A stretch of DNA of 64,000 nucleotides from Octopus sinensis (GCF_006345805.1 NC_043006.1:93868001-93932000), one strand, 5' to 3'. Shown: positions 12,609 through 27,255, numbered from the stretch's first letter. The notes: generated by a model from the letters alone, not told the origin. Program-made: numbers and translations.

Positions 12609-13849
12609 TGTGTGTTTCTGTTTGTTTCCTCTGCGACGGAAAATCGCTGCTGATATGTGTACAGTCCCAGAAAATTTTCGCTCCAGCTACCAAAAGAAAT
12701 TTGTTCAACTAAAGCATTGAAGGTGTTGCCCCAGTATGGCCCCAGTCAAATTACAGTAACAAAAGAAAAGAATAAAATACTTATATTAAATAAATATTGA
12801 GAACGGTAGCGGAAAGTTGACTGGGATTTGCAAAGAGTCACCTCCCGTTAATTATTATAAAAGAGTTGTTGCCCCTGAAATATTTGGCTGTAAATTAATC
12901 AGCTGTGTTGAAAATTCGGACTTTGTTACAACCGTTTGTATGTGTGAACGGGGACTGAATGTCTTCGTGTGTAAGAGTGAGTATATGTGTCGATGTGTAT
13001 ATGTGTGCGTATGTGTTGTGGTATTAAAAATATATTTGATAGATTGTTGTGACTCCCTTCGGTCATGCACCTAGAAAGTTACCGTCCGAGGCACAAGTCT
13101 GGGCAAGGTTTATTTTTTATGGAAGACCAGCTGTCGCCCAAGCATATCAGCCTCCCCCTCTCCATGTCACCGATGTTGTCCAAGGGAAAGGCAAAGGGGC
13201 CGATACCGCTTGGCACCTGTGACGTCACAACTCATTTCTACGGCTGATCGAACTGGAGCAACGTGAAATAAAGTGTCTTGCTCATGAACACAACATGCAG
13301 CCTGGTCCGGGAACCGAACTCACAACCTCATGATCATAAGCTCGACGCTCTAACCACTGAGCCATTTGATAAATTAGTGAAGAAGAAAAGTATATTATAC
13401 AATGCAGTATAAGCGCAGGCGTGACTGTCTGCTAAGAAGTTTGCTTCCCAGCCATACGGTTCTGGGTTCAGTCCCACTGCGTAGCACATTAGGTAAATGT
13501 ATTCAACTATAGCTTTAGGCCAACCAAAACCTTGTGAATGGGTATGGTTAGCACGCCGGGTAAAATTGTGAACACGCAGGGCAGATTGCTTAACGACATT
13601 TCGTCCTTCTTTACGCTCTGAACTCAAAGGCAGCAGGGGTTGACTTCACCTTTCGTCCGTTTCGGGGTCGATAAAGAGGTATAAGTTGAACACTGGGGTC
13701 AATGTGATCGATTTACCCCTGACCTGAATTTGCCAAAATTCCAAACTAATATCTGGTTGATTGGCCTGTCTAGATCAAATACAGCAACCCCTTAACGTTG
13801 CCGTTAACCCACCATCTTGGGACGGTACTATATTTATCTGACCCAGAAA

Positions 13850-14073
13850 GGCGGCGAGCTGGCAGAAACGTTAGCACGCCGGGCGAAATGCTTAGCGGTA
13901 TTTCGTCTGTCGTTACGTTCTGAGTTCAAATTCCGTCGAGGTCGACTTTGCCTTTCATCCTTTCGGGGTCGATAAATTAAGTACCAGTTACACACTGGGG
14001 TCGATTTAATCAACTTTATCCGTTTGTCTGTCCTCTCTGTGTTTAGCCCCTTGTGGGTAGTAAAGAAATAGGT
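13850..14073 (+). mobile_element. tRNA-derived SINE, family B (Meta-domain-like core)
   Basis: GGCGGCGAGCTGGCAGAAACGTTAGC head, B box GAGTTCAAATTCC, core GCCTTTCATCCTTTCGGGGTCGATAAATTAAGTACCAG. Other copies at about 2700-2900(-), 13555-13740(+), 26270-26420(-), 33170-33400(+), 39652-39812(-), 41399-41610(+), 42650-42858(-) and 53780-54130(+). Confidence 0.8.
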
Positions 14074-15777
14074 ACTATATTTATCTGACCCAGAAAGATA
14101 AAAAGCTAAGTTGACTTCGGGGACGATCTGAACTCAGAATGTAAAGGATCAGATTGCAATGTACTTTCTTTGACGCCCTAACACAGAGGTTCTCAAATCG
14201 AGGTACGCAGGAGAAATTTTAGGGTTACACAAAGCTTGCAAAAGAAAGCAAAAATGAACTTTTAAAGCAGTCATAATTCCTGACTTTTTGGTTAAGAAGC
14301 TTTCTTTGCAACTACAGCGTTTTGGGTTCAGCCCCATCTTAGGCAAGAGTCTTCTATTACACTCCCGGACCGACTGATAGCTCGTGAGTGAATTTGGTAG
14401 ACGGAAATTGTGTGGAAACTTGCCGTACAAGTGCATGTTCCCCCCCCCCACACACACACACACACCGCTTGACTACCGGTGTTGGGTCGTTTTCTTCTCC
14501 ATAAACTAGCACTACGGCAAAAGAAAACCGATAGAATAACTACCAGATTTAAGAAAAAAAAAATAATAAGTATCGCGATCGATTTGTTCGCCTAAAGCTT
14601 TCAAGGTAGTACCCCAGTATGGTCGCAATCCAATGACTGAAACAAGTAAAAACTAAAATACAAACGATAAGTAAATGTAGATATATTCGGAAAATGTGTG
14701 CAGAATCTTTTGACGTTGTTCTCTGCTAATTGTTACGAAAAGAGGCTTTCAGCGATGTTTATAAGCGAAAACAAATTTCGTGCAGAGAATGTTTATGCGG
14801 ACGTTTCTCTCTCAAACGATGACATTGAATTAAATAAAATTAATTTACTCCATATTCAGAAGGTCGAAAATTCAGTGACAGGAAACAATCGATTACATCG
14901 ATCCAGAATTTGAATGATATTCGATTTTATCGACATTAAAAAGTCGAAATCGAACATGACCGTGGCAGAAGTTTAAGTCTTAAATAAATTAAATTAAACG
15001 CCAAATAATACATGTATGTTGTCTGATCTGTGGTATCCAACTATTTGCACTGTAGTCTTCCCACAGGGTACGCCAACATTGTCGGACGTAAAGGGGTACG
15101 CCGGAAAGGTACTTCACTTTATCGAAGGTCGAAAGACTAACTTGACCTAGGGCCAAATTTATAGGGGTGCGGAGAAGGCAATTGCCTCGAGCATCTGATA
15201 ATACTGAGGCCTCTCTGCTACGAAGGGTATGTAGCACTCAATACCGGTAGGCCTCCACATCCCAGCAATCAGGCATGAAGAGGCTCTCTTTCAATGTACA
15301 AAGATATCTTTACTTCTTAAAAAACGTGATATATGATTCCCTTTTAGGATAAATAATCATTGGTTTTGCCACCTTAGAGACATCAGTTAATTCAATTAAG
15401 AAGCACCCATGACAGAGAAAAGGGCAACTCTTGAAGATGTATGTACGTATGTATGTATGTATGTATGTATGTATGTATGTATGTATGTATGTATGTATGT
15501 ATGTATGTATGCATGTATGTATGTATGCATGTATGTATGTATGTATGTATGTATGTATGCATGTATGTATGTATGTATGCATGTATGTATGTATGTATGT
15601 ATGTATGTATGTATGTATGTATGTACGAATGTGTGTATGTATGTATGTATGTACTACGTATGTGTGCGTGTGCGTGCGTGTAAGTATGAATGTATAATAA
15701 AGGTACAGAGATTGAGAGAAAGTAGTTATCGTGTCTCGCTCAGATTCCTTGAACTTGGCTTGACCGATCAGTTAAAG

Positions 15778-15876
<99 letters not shown>

Positions 15877-17313
15877 TACACACACACGTACATTTCTACT
15901 TTTAAACTTATTTCAGTGAGGCATTGAAAACTGGTCTTATTTTATGAAACAAGTTTCAATTTCCTGTTTTTTGTCGGGATTTTCCCCGATTTTTTTTTTT
16001 TTTTTGCAAAATAACAAAGGGAAGAAGAATTTTTAAAAGAAGAATTTTTAAAATCCATGTCTTTTAAATGTCAGTGTTTCCACCCATCCCCCCTCTCACG
16101 CACGCACAAATGCACGCACACACTCTCATCATGTTTTTGGAACAGCAACAATCACAAAAATGATTTTTTTTTTTATTTTTCGTAATTTTCCGTCATTTTA
16201 TTTTATTCCCACATTCTGAAACATTTGTTTCAAACTCGTATTAAAAGAGAAAAAATCTTACCCTGCTTTCCCACTTCTTTTCACAATAAAGGAAAAGTCA
16301 AGCACTTCAAGTAGATGAGTAAAAACCGAAATTTGAATTTTGAAATAGTGTATCTATAAAGCGACATTTTCAGTCATTTATTTAAAATTTCTCTGCTAAC
16401 TCATCCAATTCAATTATATGTAAAAAAAAAAACAGGGTTTGAGATTTAAATTTGGTAATTTTCAAAGATTTTTATTCATGTGTATAAGGGGCCCACCACT
16501 TTGCCGCCCACCCTTGGTTTAAATCCGGTCCTAACTTGACCAAAGCAGAATTTCAACTCTTAAATTAAACTGAACTAATTATCAAATAATAAATGTCTGT
16601 TGTCCGTTCTCTGCTATTTAACCCCTTTCACTGCATAATTCCATCAGGGGAAACCAACACTGACAAACATAATAAAGGAGGGACTTCTGAAAGAAAAGTT
16701 TTACGTCTAAGGAGGCTGGCGCCTTTCAAGGGAAGCAACTCCCGATAATTTAAATGACACTTTCTTTGATGACATTTATTTCAACTGTCTTGAAGGTGAT
16801 TTGAGATAAACGAGTGAAGGTCATTTAATCAGTTAATAACATCCAAAATCTGATGCTTGTTCGGGTTCACTTCATTCAATAACCATCAACATTTGTCTGT
16901 TGCATGAGAGAAACTTATTCCTGTTTCGAATTATGTGTTGAAACCTATCTGAGGAGGTCGCCATCTTGTTTACATTTAGCTCAAAGAAACAGCAAGGGAG
17001 ACACTAACCTATAACTAGACCTGCTAAAGATAGCAACCAAATTCCTCCCAAATCATATACACTTAGCACATCCTTGTGGATGTAGGCCATCAACGACTTC
17101 TTTTTCCCACACTTTTCATTTCTGGGCCTCTCTCTTTTACTTCTCTCCACTTCGATCCCCGATTTTTCAGCTCTGTTAGAGGGGGGTAGTTGTGTATGTA
17201 TTACAGAAAAGAGTCGCTTTTGTGCAAAGTTAAGCAGATATCACAATAGAGAAAACTAGAGATATGTTCTATTACAAGTTTTTATATTAACGCTCTACAT
17301 TTATCTGTGGAGC

Positions 17314-17369
<56 letters not shown>

Positions 17370-17396
17370 CTCTCTCCCCTCTCTCTCTCTCTCTCC

Positions 17397-17432
<36 letters not shown>

Positions 17433-17740
17433 AGCTTCTACATATATATATGTAGTTTCTAAGCTGAAGTGAAGGCAGCATGTTCTTTGCCTATCTCTTT
17501 AACTTCTTGGAGATTTTAAGTAAAATTATACTAATGTGTCCATCTGTTTCAATTTAATTATATTCTATGTCTTTGTGCAACTGAGGATTGCTCTGCATTC
17601 AAATGTATGTAATGGTTGCATTGTTCATTTAAATGGAATTGCGTGAAATGATCGTACTGCATTACTTCTGGATATCCTTGTTACTTATTATGATTATACA
17701 TACATGCATACATACATACATACATACATACATACATACA

Positions 17741-17783
<43 letters not shown>

Positions 17784-18437
17784 ATGTATATATATATATA
17801 TATACATTTGGTGCGGAAATATATTGATCTTGTTCCGCATCCCACTATCTTTAAACCATTCTCTCTTCGGCCCCTATTGAGGGTTTCCGGTTAGGGTCTA
17901 ATATACAGTGCAGGATGTTGATTTCTTTAACGTATGGCCTATGCATCCTTTCGGAGTTTGCTGCACCACGTCATCTGTTTCCTTGAGGAAAGACCTTCCT
18001 TCCCCAGATTTTGTTGGTTTTGAATCCTCATCGATACTTCTGTGAGAATCGATCTCCTTGCTTTTTTTTTCTGTTTAACAGGCAATCACAATCAGAGGAG
18101 CGGTTTATGTTCGGTTTTGTGTCTGCCTTCCAAGACTGCCGAGCCCAGTTCACACAACCCAGCTATATCCCCACTGCATCCATGCATATACGGTAATACC
18201 CCCTGAAAACATACTTTTACAAAATCAATGTGGCATACTCCCAGTAGATTTAATCACACAGGGAACCGACCTGCAATTTCTAAGGGCCCCTGCTATTGTT
18301 AGGATGTCGCTGGCCCCATGCTAGGCTCGTCTGCCTTTTTAGCTGGTTTTATTCATGCCTTGCTGGGTTTCTAGCAACCTTAGCAGGGATTCACTGAAAG
18401 TAGGGGACGAATAAAATGAAACGTTATTTTAAACACA

Positions 18438-18509
<72 letters not shown>

Positions 18510-18876
18510 CTCCATTTTATCTACTTCATTTCTTAATTATTTCTAATCTACATATCAATGTCGCATTACTACTAGCAATTACCAGAAACAACCACCACCA
18601 GAATAGCAGCAATTAACACTGACACAACCAACACCATCGCCGCCATCACCCCACCACCACCACCACCACCACATTGTATTGTTATCTTTCTTCTGGTTCT
18701 AAAGTGTCTTGATCCAGATTTCTGATAAGAACTTTTGACTTTCACCCATGTTATCTGCCAAATTAAAGTTACAACAACAACAACATTGATAATGACGACG
18801 ACGACGATGATGATGATGATTTCTTTGACATTTTTAAATCTTATTTTTAAACGACGATGACGAGAGCGGCGGCGGC

Positions 18877-18914
<38 letters not shown>

Positions 18915-18929
18915 CGACGACGACGACGA

Positions 18930-20150
18930 TTTACAAACAAGAAAATGTCCCCCTCCCCCCAAAGGAAGGGATATCCAATGACTGCGCTCACAAAACTACG
19001 GTCACCCTGATTGCTAGAGTGAGTGTCCTTTCTTCGCCCTTCCCTCTCAACCCCTGCTCAAAGCAGGCCCGTTTGTATCTACCATTCTTGTTATTCTCAG
19101 TCACCGTTCAACAAATTTGCTGGAAGACAGCAATCTCTTATTCATCTTTTTTTTTTTCAAATGGAACTTGAAAAAGGTGATGAGGGCTTGGCCAAGGAGG
19201 AAGGTGCCTGTCTTCAGACCTTCTAATCTGATCCACCACACAAACTCTTTCACTAAAGCCACCAGACAGATAAACACTGCTTGCTGATGGTTGGCTGCGT
19301 CAACACCCGCTTAGCTAATTCACTAATCCGGCCTCTATAAGCTTGGCGTACCGGGAATGGCATGTTCAGCTTCCAGTAACCCTATCTATTTCTACAAAGC
19401 TGATCTAGGTCGATCGTACAGGTCACGAATTTGTGATTTGTGTATCCGGCGGTTATAAAATGTGGGCAACATGTGCTATCCTTATCTTCTGGTTAACAGA
19501 ATACTCTACCTAGATACAACCTAAATGAACCGATATGGCTAGGTCAAGTCCACATGGCACATCCGAGAAATCCAGTCGGTATCTGTCAGACGATTGGAAA
19601 CGTCGCTGCAGGTTTGTGATGGAATTGCACCCTTCTCCCCTCAGTTAGACCCGTATACTTCAAACATACATTTAAGATAGTATTCTAGTACAAAAGAATG
19701 GGATGTTCCTAGGAAAACCTCCAAACGCCTGTAGAAATCCAGATGTCCCCACTAGCGGAGCATAAACACTTACTACTAACCTGAAAACATCCGCTTCGCT
19801 ACTGCTCGCATCCAGGACCACAAGTTTATTTTCTGAATCCAAGAATCTTGAGATTCAGACCGTTCCGACACAACATCGCAGATCCACCTTCCATTCCCAG
19901 TTGACATGGAGATAAGTAAATCTCGTATCCACATGAAGGCTTGTGGATCGGAAACTCTGATCTCGCAGATGGCCATCACATATATTTAATTGCTTGTGAT
20001 GATTAAGTAGGTAACCCTGCTTCTAAGGGCGACTCCAATCAACGTGCGTTTTCACTGCCTATTCTGAGCACAGACATACTTTACAAGAAGGAATGAGAAA
20101 AAGAGTCACTAACTTTATTCCTATGAAAGGACATGCTAGCATCGACGACC
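18930..20150 (-). mobile_element. Internally deleted Tx1/L1-clade LINE (APE endonuclease joined to ORF2 C-terminus)
   Basis: Minus-strand frames: FRLVVSVYAP; YLGRVFC..CPHFITAGYTNHKF..GYWKLN; then directly VFICLVALVKEFVWWIRLEGLK..FFKFHLK. No RT motifs between them. Confidence 0.75.
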
Positions 20151-20428
20151 AATTCTTTAGGTAGTCTTTTGTTTATATTAGACTGTGAGATCGTTCACAT
20201 CTTTAAGGTATTTGCTTTTTAAAATGTATGCGTGTTGCAAAATTTGGATAATTCTTATGTGTTGTGGAATACTGCTGGTTAATGTAATTTAGTTATTGTG
20301 TGTCATGCTTGTATTTTGGTATGTGTGACCCATTAGTTTTATATTATCTGTGTCTGTCCTTGTTTGTCTCCTCTGTGTTTAGCCCCTTGTGGGTAGTAAA
20401 GAAATATAAACACACACACACACACACA

Positions 20429-20482
<54 letters not shown>

Positions 20483-21610
20483 CATTTTCGTCTGTCGTTA
20501 CGTTCTGAGTTCTGTATTCGCGATTTCTTTTCCCTCTCTCCCTCTCTCCCCTCTTCTCTCTCTTTTGTTCGTGCTGTTGTGTGTGCGTGAATTCGGTCAT
20601 GCTTGTGCTTGTGATGATGGTGACTGTGGTAGTAGTAGTTGTGGTGACGAGAAGGGCTGTGTTGTTAATGCGGATGTAGATGCTGTTGGGGTGGGTGGTG
20701 GAGTTGCTTGAAAGCACTCCCCCCACCACCACCATTTGTTCGTAGTAGACGTAAAAACTGTGTGGAAGCCCGTCGTATATGTGTGCATGTTTAGCCCTCC
20801 ACCGCACCATCACCCCCGCACACATACATCCTGACAACCGGTGTTGGTTTGTTTACAGCTCTGTAACCTAGTGATTAGGCAAAAGTGAACGATGGGATGA
20901 CTAAACGCTTCAAGATGGTGCTCCAGTATGGTCGCAGCCCAATGAGTGAAGCAAGTAGAAGATAAAAGAGAACACACCAATATCAAAATCACTACTACTA
21001 CTACTACTAATAATAATAATAATACCACTTTTGATACTATCACAGTAAGCATTGACACTACTACTACAACTACTATTAATAGTACCACCACCATCAGCAC
21101 TACAACAACCACTGCGCTACCACCTTTACCCACGCAACTGCTGCAACTACTACAACCACCACCAACTACTACTACAACCACCACCACTACTACTACAACC
21201 ACCACCAACTACTACTACAACTACTATAACCCTCTACGACTTCTATTACACTACTACCACAAACATCGCCTCAACCACCGCCATCACAATCATCTTCCCT
21301 CGAGCAACACTACCACCATCATCACCAACCAACACCACCGCCACCGTCAATACCACCACCACCACTGCCACCGCCACCTCGGCCGCAGGCACCTCTACCT
21401 CCCCACCCACCTCCCACCAACCCACCAACCCACCAACCCACCAGCCAGCCAGCAACAACGTCATACGTCACTCGAAGTTCTAAGCTGACCTTTCCCCGGC
21501 ACCGCCAGTGACATATTTTCCAGGTAAGACGAATGTCAATTTTATATTTATATTATAAGGATTTGGCTCCGTGTTTATGGTTTTTATGCATATATTTGCA
21601 ATTATATACG

Positions 21611-21641
<31 letters not shown>

Positions 21642-21790
21642 TTATATGTATGTGTGTGAGTTATATACCAGTGTGTTTACATGCATGGAGACGTATACAT
21701 CCATGCATATACGCATAATATTTATAATCGGGTATTTACATCACAGTGTGTTTGTGTGTGTGTTTGTGCCATATATTAAGTAATACATAC

Positions 21791-21860
<70 letters not shown>

Positions 21861-21968
21861 ATATACGTATACTCACCCACGAATACCCGTCCAAATACGT
21901 GTAAATATGTGTGACTTCGATTGGATGGAGAGATAGATAGATAGATGAATGGATGGATGGATGGAGAT

Positions 21969-22061
<93 letters not shown>

Positions 22062-22118
22062 CAGATAGATAGATGGGTGGATAAAGGCGAAGACGAAACT
22101 ACATACATATATGCATGC

Positions 22119-22287
22119 ATGTATTATATGAATATTTTTCTGTACAGGAATGTGTGTGCGTGTATTCACACACACTCACACACACACTCACACACACACT
22201 CACACACACACACACTCACATACATACTAACTAAATATACACAGGCATGTATATGTAAATATGTGTGCAGTGTGTGTATATATATGC

Positions 22288-22342
<55 letters not shown>

Positions 22343-22409
22343 TGGTGTGTGAGTGTGTGTGAATACACGCACACACATTCCTGTACAGAAAAATATTCAT
22401 ATAATACAT
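22119..22409. repeat. Inverted repeat, about 65-75 bp arms
   Basis: ATGTATTATATGAATATTTTTCTGTACAGGAATGTGTGTGCGTGTATTCACACACACTCACAC from 22119; its reverse complement ends at 22409. Confidence 0.9.
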
Positions 22410-23048
22410 TTTTACTTTTATTTTTATTTTCCCTTTTCTCTTTTTGTCTCTCTCCCCTTCTCCAAACACACAGAGACACACACACACACATGCACACACA
22501 CACACACACACAAACACACACGGACACACAGAGACACACACACACACACCTCCACAAAACGATCATACAAAGTAGAAGAGTTCTTAGACCCCAAATGGCA
22601 TTTGACCATCCTCAAAATCATAAAAGGTGTAATTTTTGGCCTGCCTACCCACCAACACACACTCAGTGACACTAAAATGGACAAAGGCTAAAATTCTTAG
22701 AACTCCCTTGGGGGTCCAGCAGGCCAAAGGAAATCCTTCTTCTTCTTCCCCTCTTTTTCTTTAGCCTCAGATACAAACACACACACACACACATACACAC
22801 ATGTTCTCTCTCTCACTTCCTCCTCATCCACTTCACCCTCTTGTGCTGTCGTGTTCCTCCCCACCACTACGAAACTCTATAAAATGATTAAAATTCCCCA
22901 CAAAGGAATTATTTTGATTTGAAAACCCCACTAGAATGGGAGAAAGCGCTAATGATCTGAATGATATGATATATATATGTAAAAAATGTAATATAAATAA
23001 ATATCTGTAAATATGAACCATCCGATCTTCTGATTACCTCATTTCTTC

Positions 23049-23089
<41 letters not shown>

Positions 23090-23146
23090 TGTTTGTATAG
23101 ATAGATAGATAGGTAGATATGTATATGTATATGTATATATGTATGA

Positions 23147-23179
<33 letters not shown>

Positions 23180-23187
23180 TGTATGTA

Positions 23188-24478
23188 CGAGGGACGTTCA
23201 ATAAGTAATCCCCCTGACCCACTTGCAGTTGTTTGATCTAGCTGAAATTTTGCATGTGCAATTATTTATATCTCTATAGAGTAAGTGGCAAATTACAGCT
23301 CTGACCTAATTGTGGTTTCTGATTTACAAGTGTTTGAACTGAGTCAAGTGTGAAATGGAGCCTGTTGAGTGTCGAGCAGTGATCCGGTTTTTGTATTTGA
23401 AAGGACGCACACCACGGGAGACTTTTGCTGAAATGAAATTAACTTATGGTGATGATGCCCTATCATAGGACCTTGTAAAACTCTGGCATCGTGAATTCAA
23501 ACATGGTCGGAACTCTGTGGAAACAGCTCCCAGATCTGGTCGCCTCCTTTCTGCCATTGATGAGACATCTGTCCGTCAAGTTGGGGCTGCCATTTTGGAA
23601 GATCGACGCATAACAATTCGCCAAATAGCCCATCAGGTCAAGATTAGTACCGGGTCTGTGGAAACTATCATTCATGACCATTTGCATGTGTAAAAGGTGT
23701 CTGCCAGATGGATTCCCAGGTTGCTCACACCTTTCCAGAAGCAAGAACGCGTCGAGTGCTCGAGGATAAATTTGGAGATGTGCAAGAAGATGAGTCAAAA
23801 GTTTTCAAAAGACTTATTACACAGGATGAAAGCTGAGTTCATCACTATGATCCAGATACCAAAGTCCAGTCAATGCAGTGGAAGCACCGTGACTCACCTC
23901 CTCCAAAGAAGGCAAGGGTGCAGCCATTCGCTGGCAAGGTCATGCTCACAGTCTTCTGGGACCAGGACGGAGTAGTGATGACAGATTTCCTGGCAAAGGG
24001 TACCACAGTTACAGAAGCCTATTATGCTTCACTTTTGAGGAAATTAAGAGAAGTTATCAAAATCAAGAGGCGGGGCAAGATCAGCAAATGCATTCTCCTC
24101 CTGCAGGACAACGCTCCGGTCCACAACTCGCGTGTCGCCAGAACAGAAGCACAGGCGTGCGGCTATGAACTCCTCCCCCATCCCCCTACTCTCCTGACCT
24201 TGCACCCTCTGATTTTCACCTCTACCCATCCATGAAGTTGTTTTTGAAAGGAAAGCGTTTCCCAGATGATGCAGCCTTGATTTCTGAAGTCACGTCGTGG
24301 TTGGAGGACCAAGCTGAGCTCTTCTACAAAAACGGTCTCCAGAGCTGCATTAAACGATGGGAGAAATGCGTAACTCTGGGTGATTCCTATGTAGAAAAAT
24401 ACTAATAACTGTGCTAAGTTTCGTTGCTCTACTGCTATGGGAAGTGGGTCAGGGGCATTACTTATTGAACGGCCCTCG
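23188..24478 (+). mobile_element. Full-length mariner transposon (1291 bp) with inactivated transposase
   Basis: About 37-bp TIRs CGAGGG(A/C)CGTTCAATAAGTAAT(C/G)CCCCTGACCCACTT with TA duplication. Transposase runs 23355-24405 with WIPRLL, QDNAPVH and YSPDLAPSD, stops at 23466 and 23691, and frameshifts. Confidence 0.95.
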
Positions 24479-25144
24479 TATGTATGTATGCATTCATGTA
24501 TGTATGTATGTATATGTAGATCCGTATATGTATATGTGTATGTCCGCCCGCGCTTCTGAGCGTGTGTCACCAAACGAAGAAATATTTATTTTCAGGTCAA
24601 AGTAACTTCATATGATTTCATGCTGTGCTCGGGTGTACCCAACCCAAGTATTTATACACACACATGCCACACTATGCTTATACCAGTAGAAACTGCGAGG
24701 TAAATATTTATTTAAGTATATCTTTGTCATTTCCAACCTTGTTTTTGTTTGTTGTTTTTTTTCTTCCTTTTGTAATAGCAACTTTAGTGACTTCTTAAGC
24801 AAGGAAGCTCTGCCGCGGCCGAAGGTCCTTACATGCTTACCAGCCTGTTTTTGTTTATGAGCAATGCTTGACAAGTAGGCGTGAATGCTGGTTCTTCACA
24901 TTTCGTTAAACGTCCTTTATTGTTGGCCTAAAAAATTATGAATGAATTAAATTTTCTGTCTTATGACGTAAATGGAGATATTTGTGTCAGGAGAAATACC
25001 CCGTGGCAGGAAATATAATGAGTCACAAATGTGAACAGAACCTCGTACCTCGTTGTCTGCTTGTGTCACCTGTCACTCAGCTAAATCGTGGTTTTACGTG
25101 TGTTTGTTGTCATTTTTCTATAGCTTTTTTTTTGTTTTTTTCGT

Positions 25145-25351
25145 TATCTTTTTACCTTTTACAGTCATTCCGCTACGGCCATGCTGGGGCACCGCCTTGA
25201 AGTAGTTTTAGTCGAACGAATCGATCCCAGTACTTATTTTTTTAAAGCTTGATACTTATTCTATCGGTCCATTTGACGAACCACTAACTTATGGGGACGT
25301 AAACACACCAGCACTGTTATCAAGCCGTAGTGGGGGACAAACACAAGCACG

Positions 25352-25405
<54 letters not shown>

Positions 25406-25560
25406 GCTATATTTATATACTTTCCGTCAATCAAATCCACTCGCAAGGCCTTGGTCAACCCAAGTCTATAGTTGAAGACACTTGCCTAAGGTACAACGCA
25501 GTGGGACTGAACCCGGGACCATGTGGTTGGGAAGCAAGCTTCTTATCACACAGCCATGCC
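25145..25560 (-). mobile_element. CORE-type SINE copy
   Basis: Reverse complement of the 8752-9156 family; a similar minus copy is at 35655-36057. Confidence 0.75.
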
Positions 25561-26483
25561 TGCGTCTGTACAGGTATGGTTGTGTGGTAAAGAAACTTGC
25601 TTGGCAACCGCGTGATTTAGGGTTCAATTGCACCACGTGGCACCTTGGGCAAGTGTCTTTACTATAGCCTCGGACTATGCAAAATATGTGGTGGGGGGCG
25701 AGAGGGGGTGCCTTTGTAAAATGTCACCGTGTGAAAGGGATCGCTGAGTTATTAAAGGTTGGGACTTACTGGTTGATATGACGAATCTTTTGATGCTTAG
25801 ATTTTGCTTGATTCAGTCATTGTATTGCGGCCTTGCTGGGGCACCACTTTGAAAGGTTTAGGCCAACAAATTTACCTCAGTAATCATTTTTCAAAGTTTC
25901 GTAATTATTGAATCAGTTCCTTGAGCCGAACCGCTAAGTTACAGAAACGTAAACAATCGATGAAACTGTGGACAAGCCTAAACACATAGCGGTTTCCAGC
26001 TATTAAATTCACTTACAAGGCATTAAGTTGACCCACGAATATAGCAGAAGGTTGATGGCCGAGGTGACACGCAGAGAGACTGAACTCGAAACTGCGTGGT
26101 TACAAAGCGAGCTTCTTAACTACACAGCCACATTAACCACCCAACATGCCCCACATTTTAGATGCTTGCGTTGGTTACTGTTTCTTCCTGAGTCAAATTT
26201 TTACGGAAATTATATAAGACGAGGTTTTAGGTAATGGTTTTTGATTTAGACACAGAGCCTGCATCTTTGAGGGGACGAATTAATGGAATCTATCGACCCT
26301 TTCTACTGGATTGGTACTTTAGATAATCGACCACGGCGGGATTTTAACTCAGAACTTACAGAACCGGAATAAATATCACTAGCCACACTGTTCGCCGCTC
26401 TACCGATTCTGCGAGTTGGCTGCCTTGAAGACTTATATTGTGGAAGTATATTTAGATTTCTAAGTGCACGTGTATGTATGAGT

Positions 26484-26519
<36 letters not shown>

Positions 26520-26529
26520 ATATATGTAT

Positions 26530-26599
<70 letters not shown>

Positions 26600-26702
26600 C
26601 AATAGTAAATCCAAAATAACGAAGAACAAACAAAAACACAACAACGCGAGGACGTAGTACATGTAAAGCATTAGCAGACGCTCAGGGAAGAAAAGAAATG
26701 TG

Positions 26703-26737
26703 GTTTAACGTTTCGAGCAAAGCTCCTCTTCAGAAAC
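26703..26737 (-). ncRNA. Minimal type I hammerhead ribozyme motif in a Penelope-derived repeat
   Basis: GTTT-CTGAAGA-G-GAGC-TTT-GCTC-GAAA-CGT-T-AAAC: core, stem II, stem I and palindromic AACGTT in place of helix III. Variants at about 27447-27481, 28195-28230, 38225-38259 and 49515-49550. Confidence 0.55.
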
Positions 26738-26905
26738 AGAGGAAAGTCCAATAGAGGAAGACGGATGGGGGCAAAAAATCGCCGATTCACACACACACAC
26801 ACACACATATATGTGTGTGTGTGTGTGTATGTGTGTGTATACAGATATATATATATGTATGTATGTATGTATGTATGCATGTATATGTATATATGTATGC
26901 ATACA

Positions 26906-26963
<58 letters not shown>

Positions 26964-27220
26964 ATATATATAAACATAATACATAGGGCAATAATAAATT
27001 ATTATTACCAGTGGCCTAGCACAAAACACGAATTAGTCATTAGACTATATATTATTCATATATAAATACAAAAAGAGGCTTCCAAATAGGAAAGCGTTGT
27101 GCTAGAAAGAGCAGTAGAAATCTCAAAACCACAAATCTTTCTTCTTGTGGTTTTGAGATTTCTACTGCTCTTTCTATCACAACGCTTTCCTATTTGGAAG
27201 CCTCTTATTGTATTTATATA

Positions 27221-27255
<35 letters not shown>

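Noticed and set aside
16618-16830. piggyBac-like MITE (TTAA-CCCCTTTC start)
   Set aside because: No matching right terminus was found.
18960-19025. Exon ending at a GTGAGT donor
   Set aside because: It lies inside the antisense 3' end of the Tx1-like LINE, with no acceptor or coding support.
20946-21488. 180-aa Thr/His/Pro-rich mucin-like ORF
   Set aside because: Cryptic (ACT/ACC)n triplet DNA that is open in several frames on both strands, with no splice or domain evidence.
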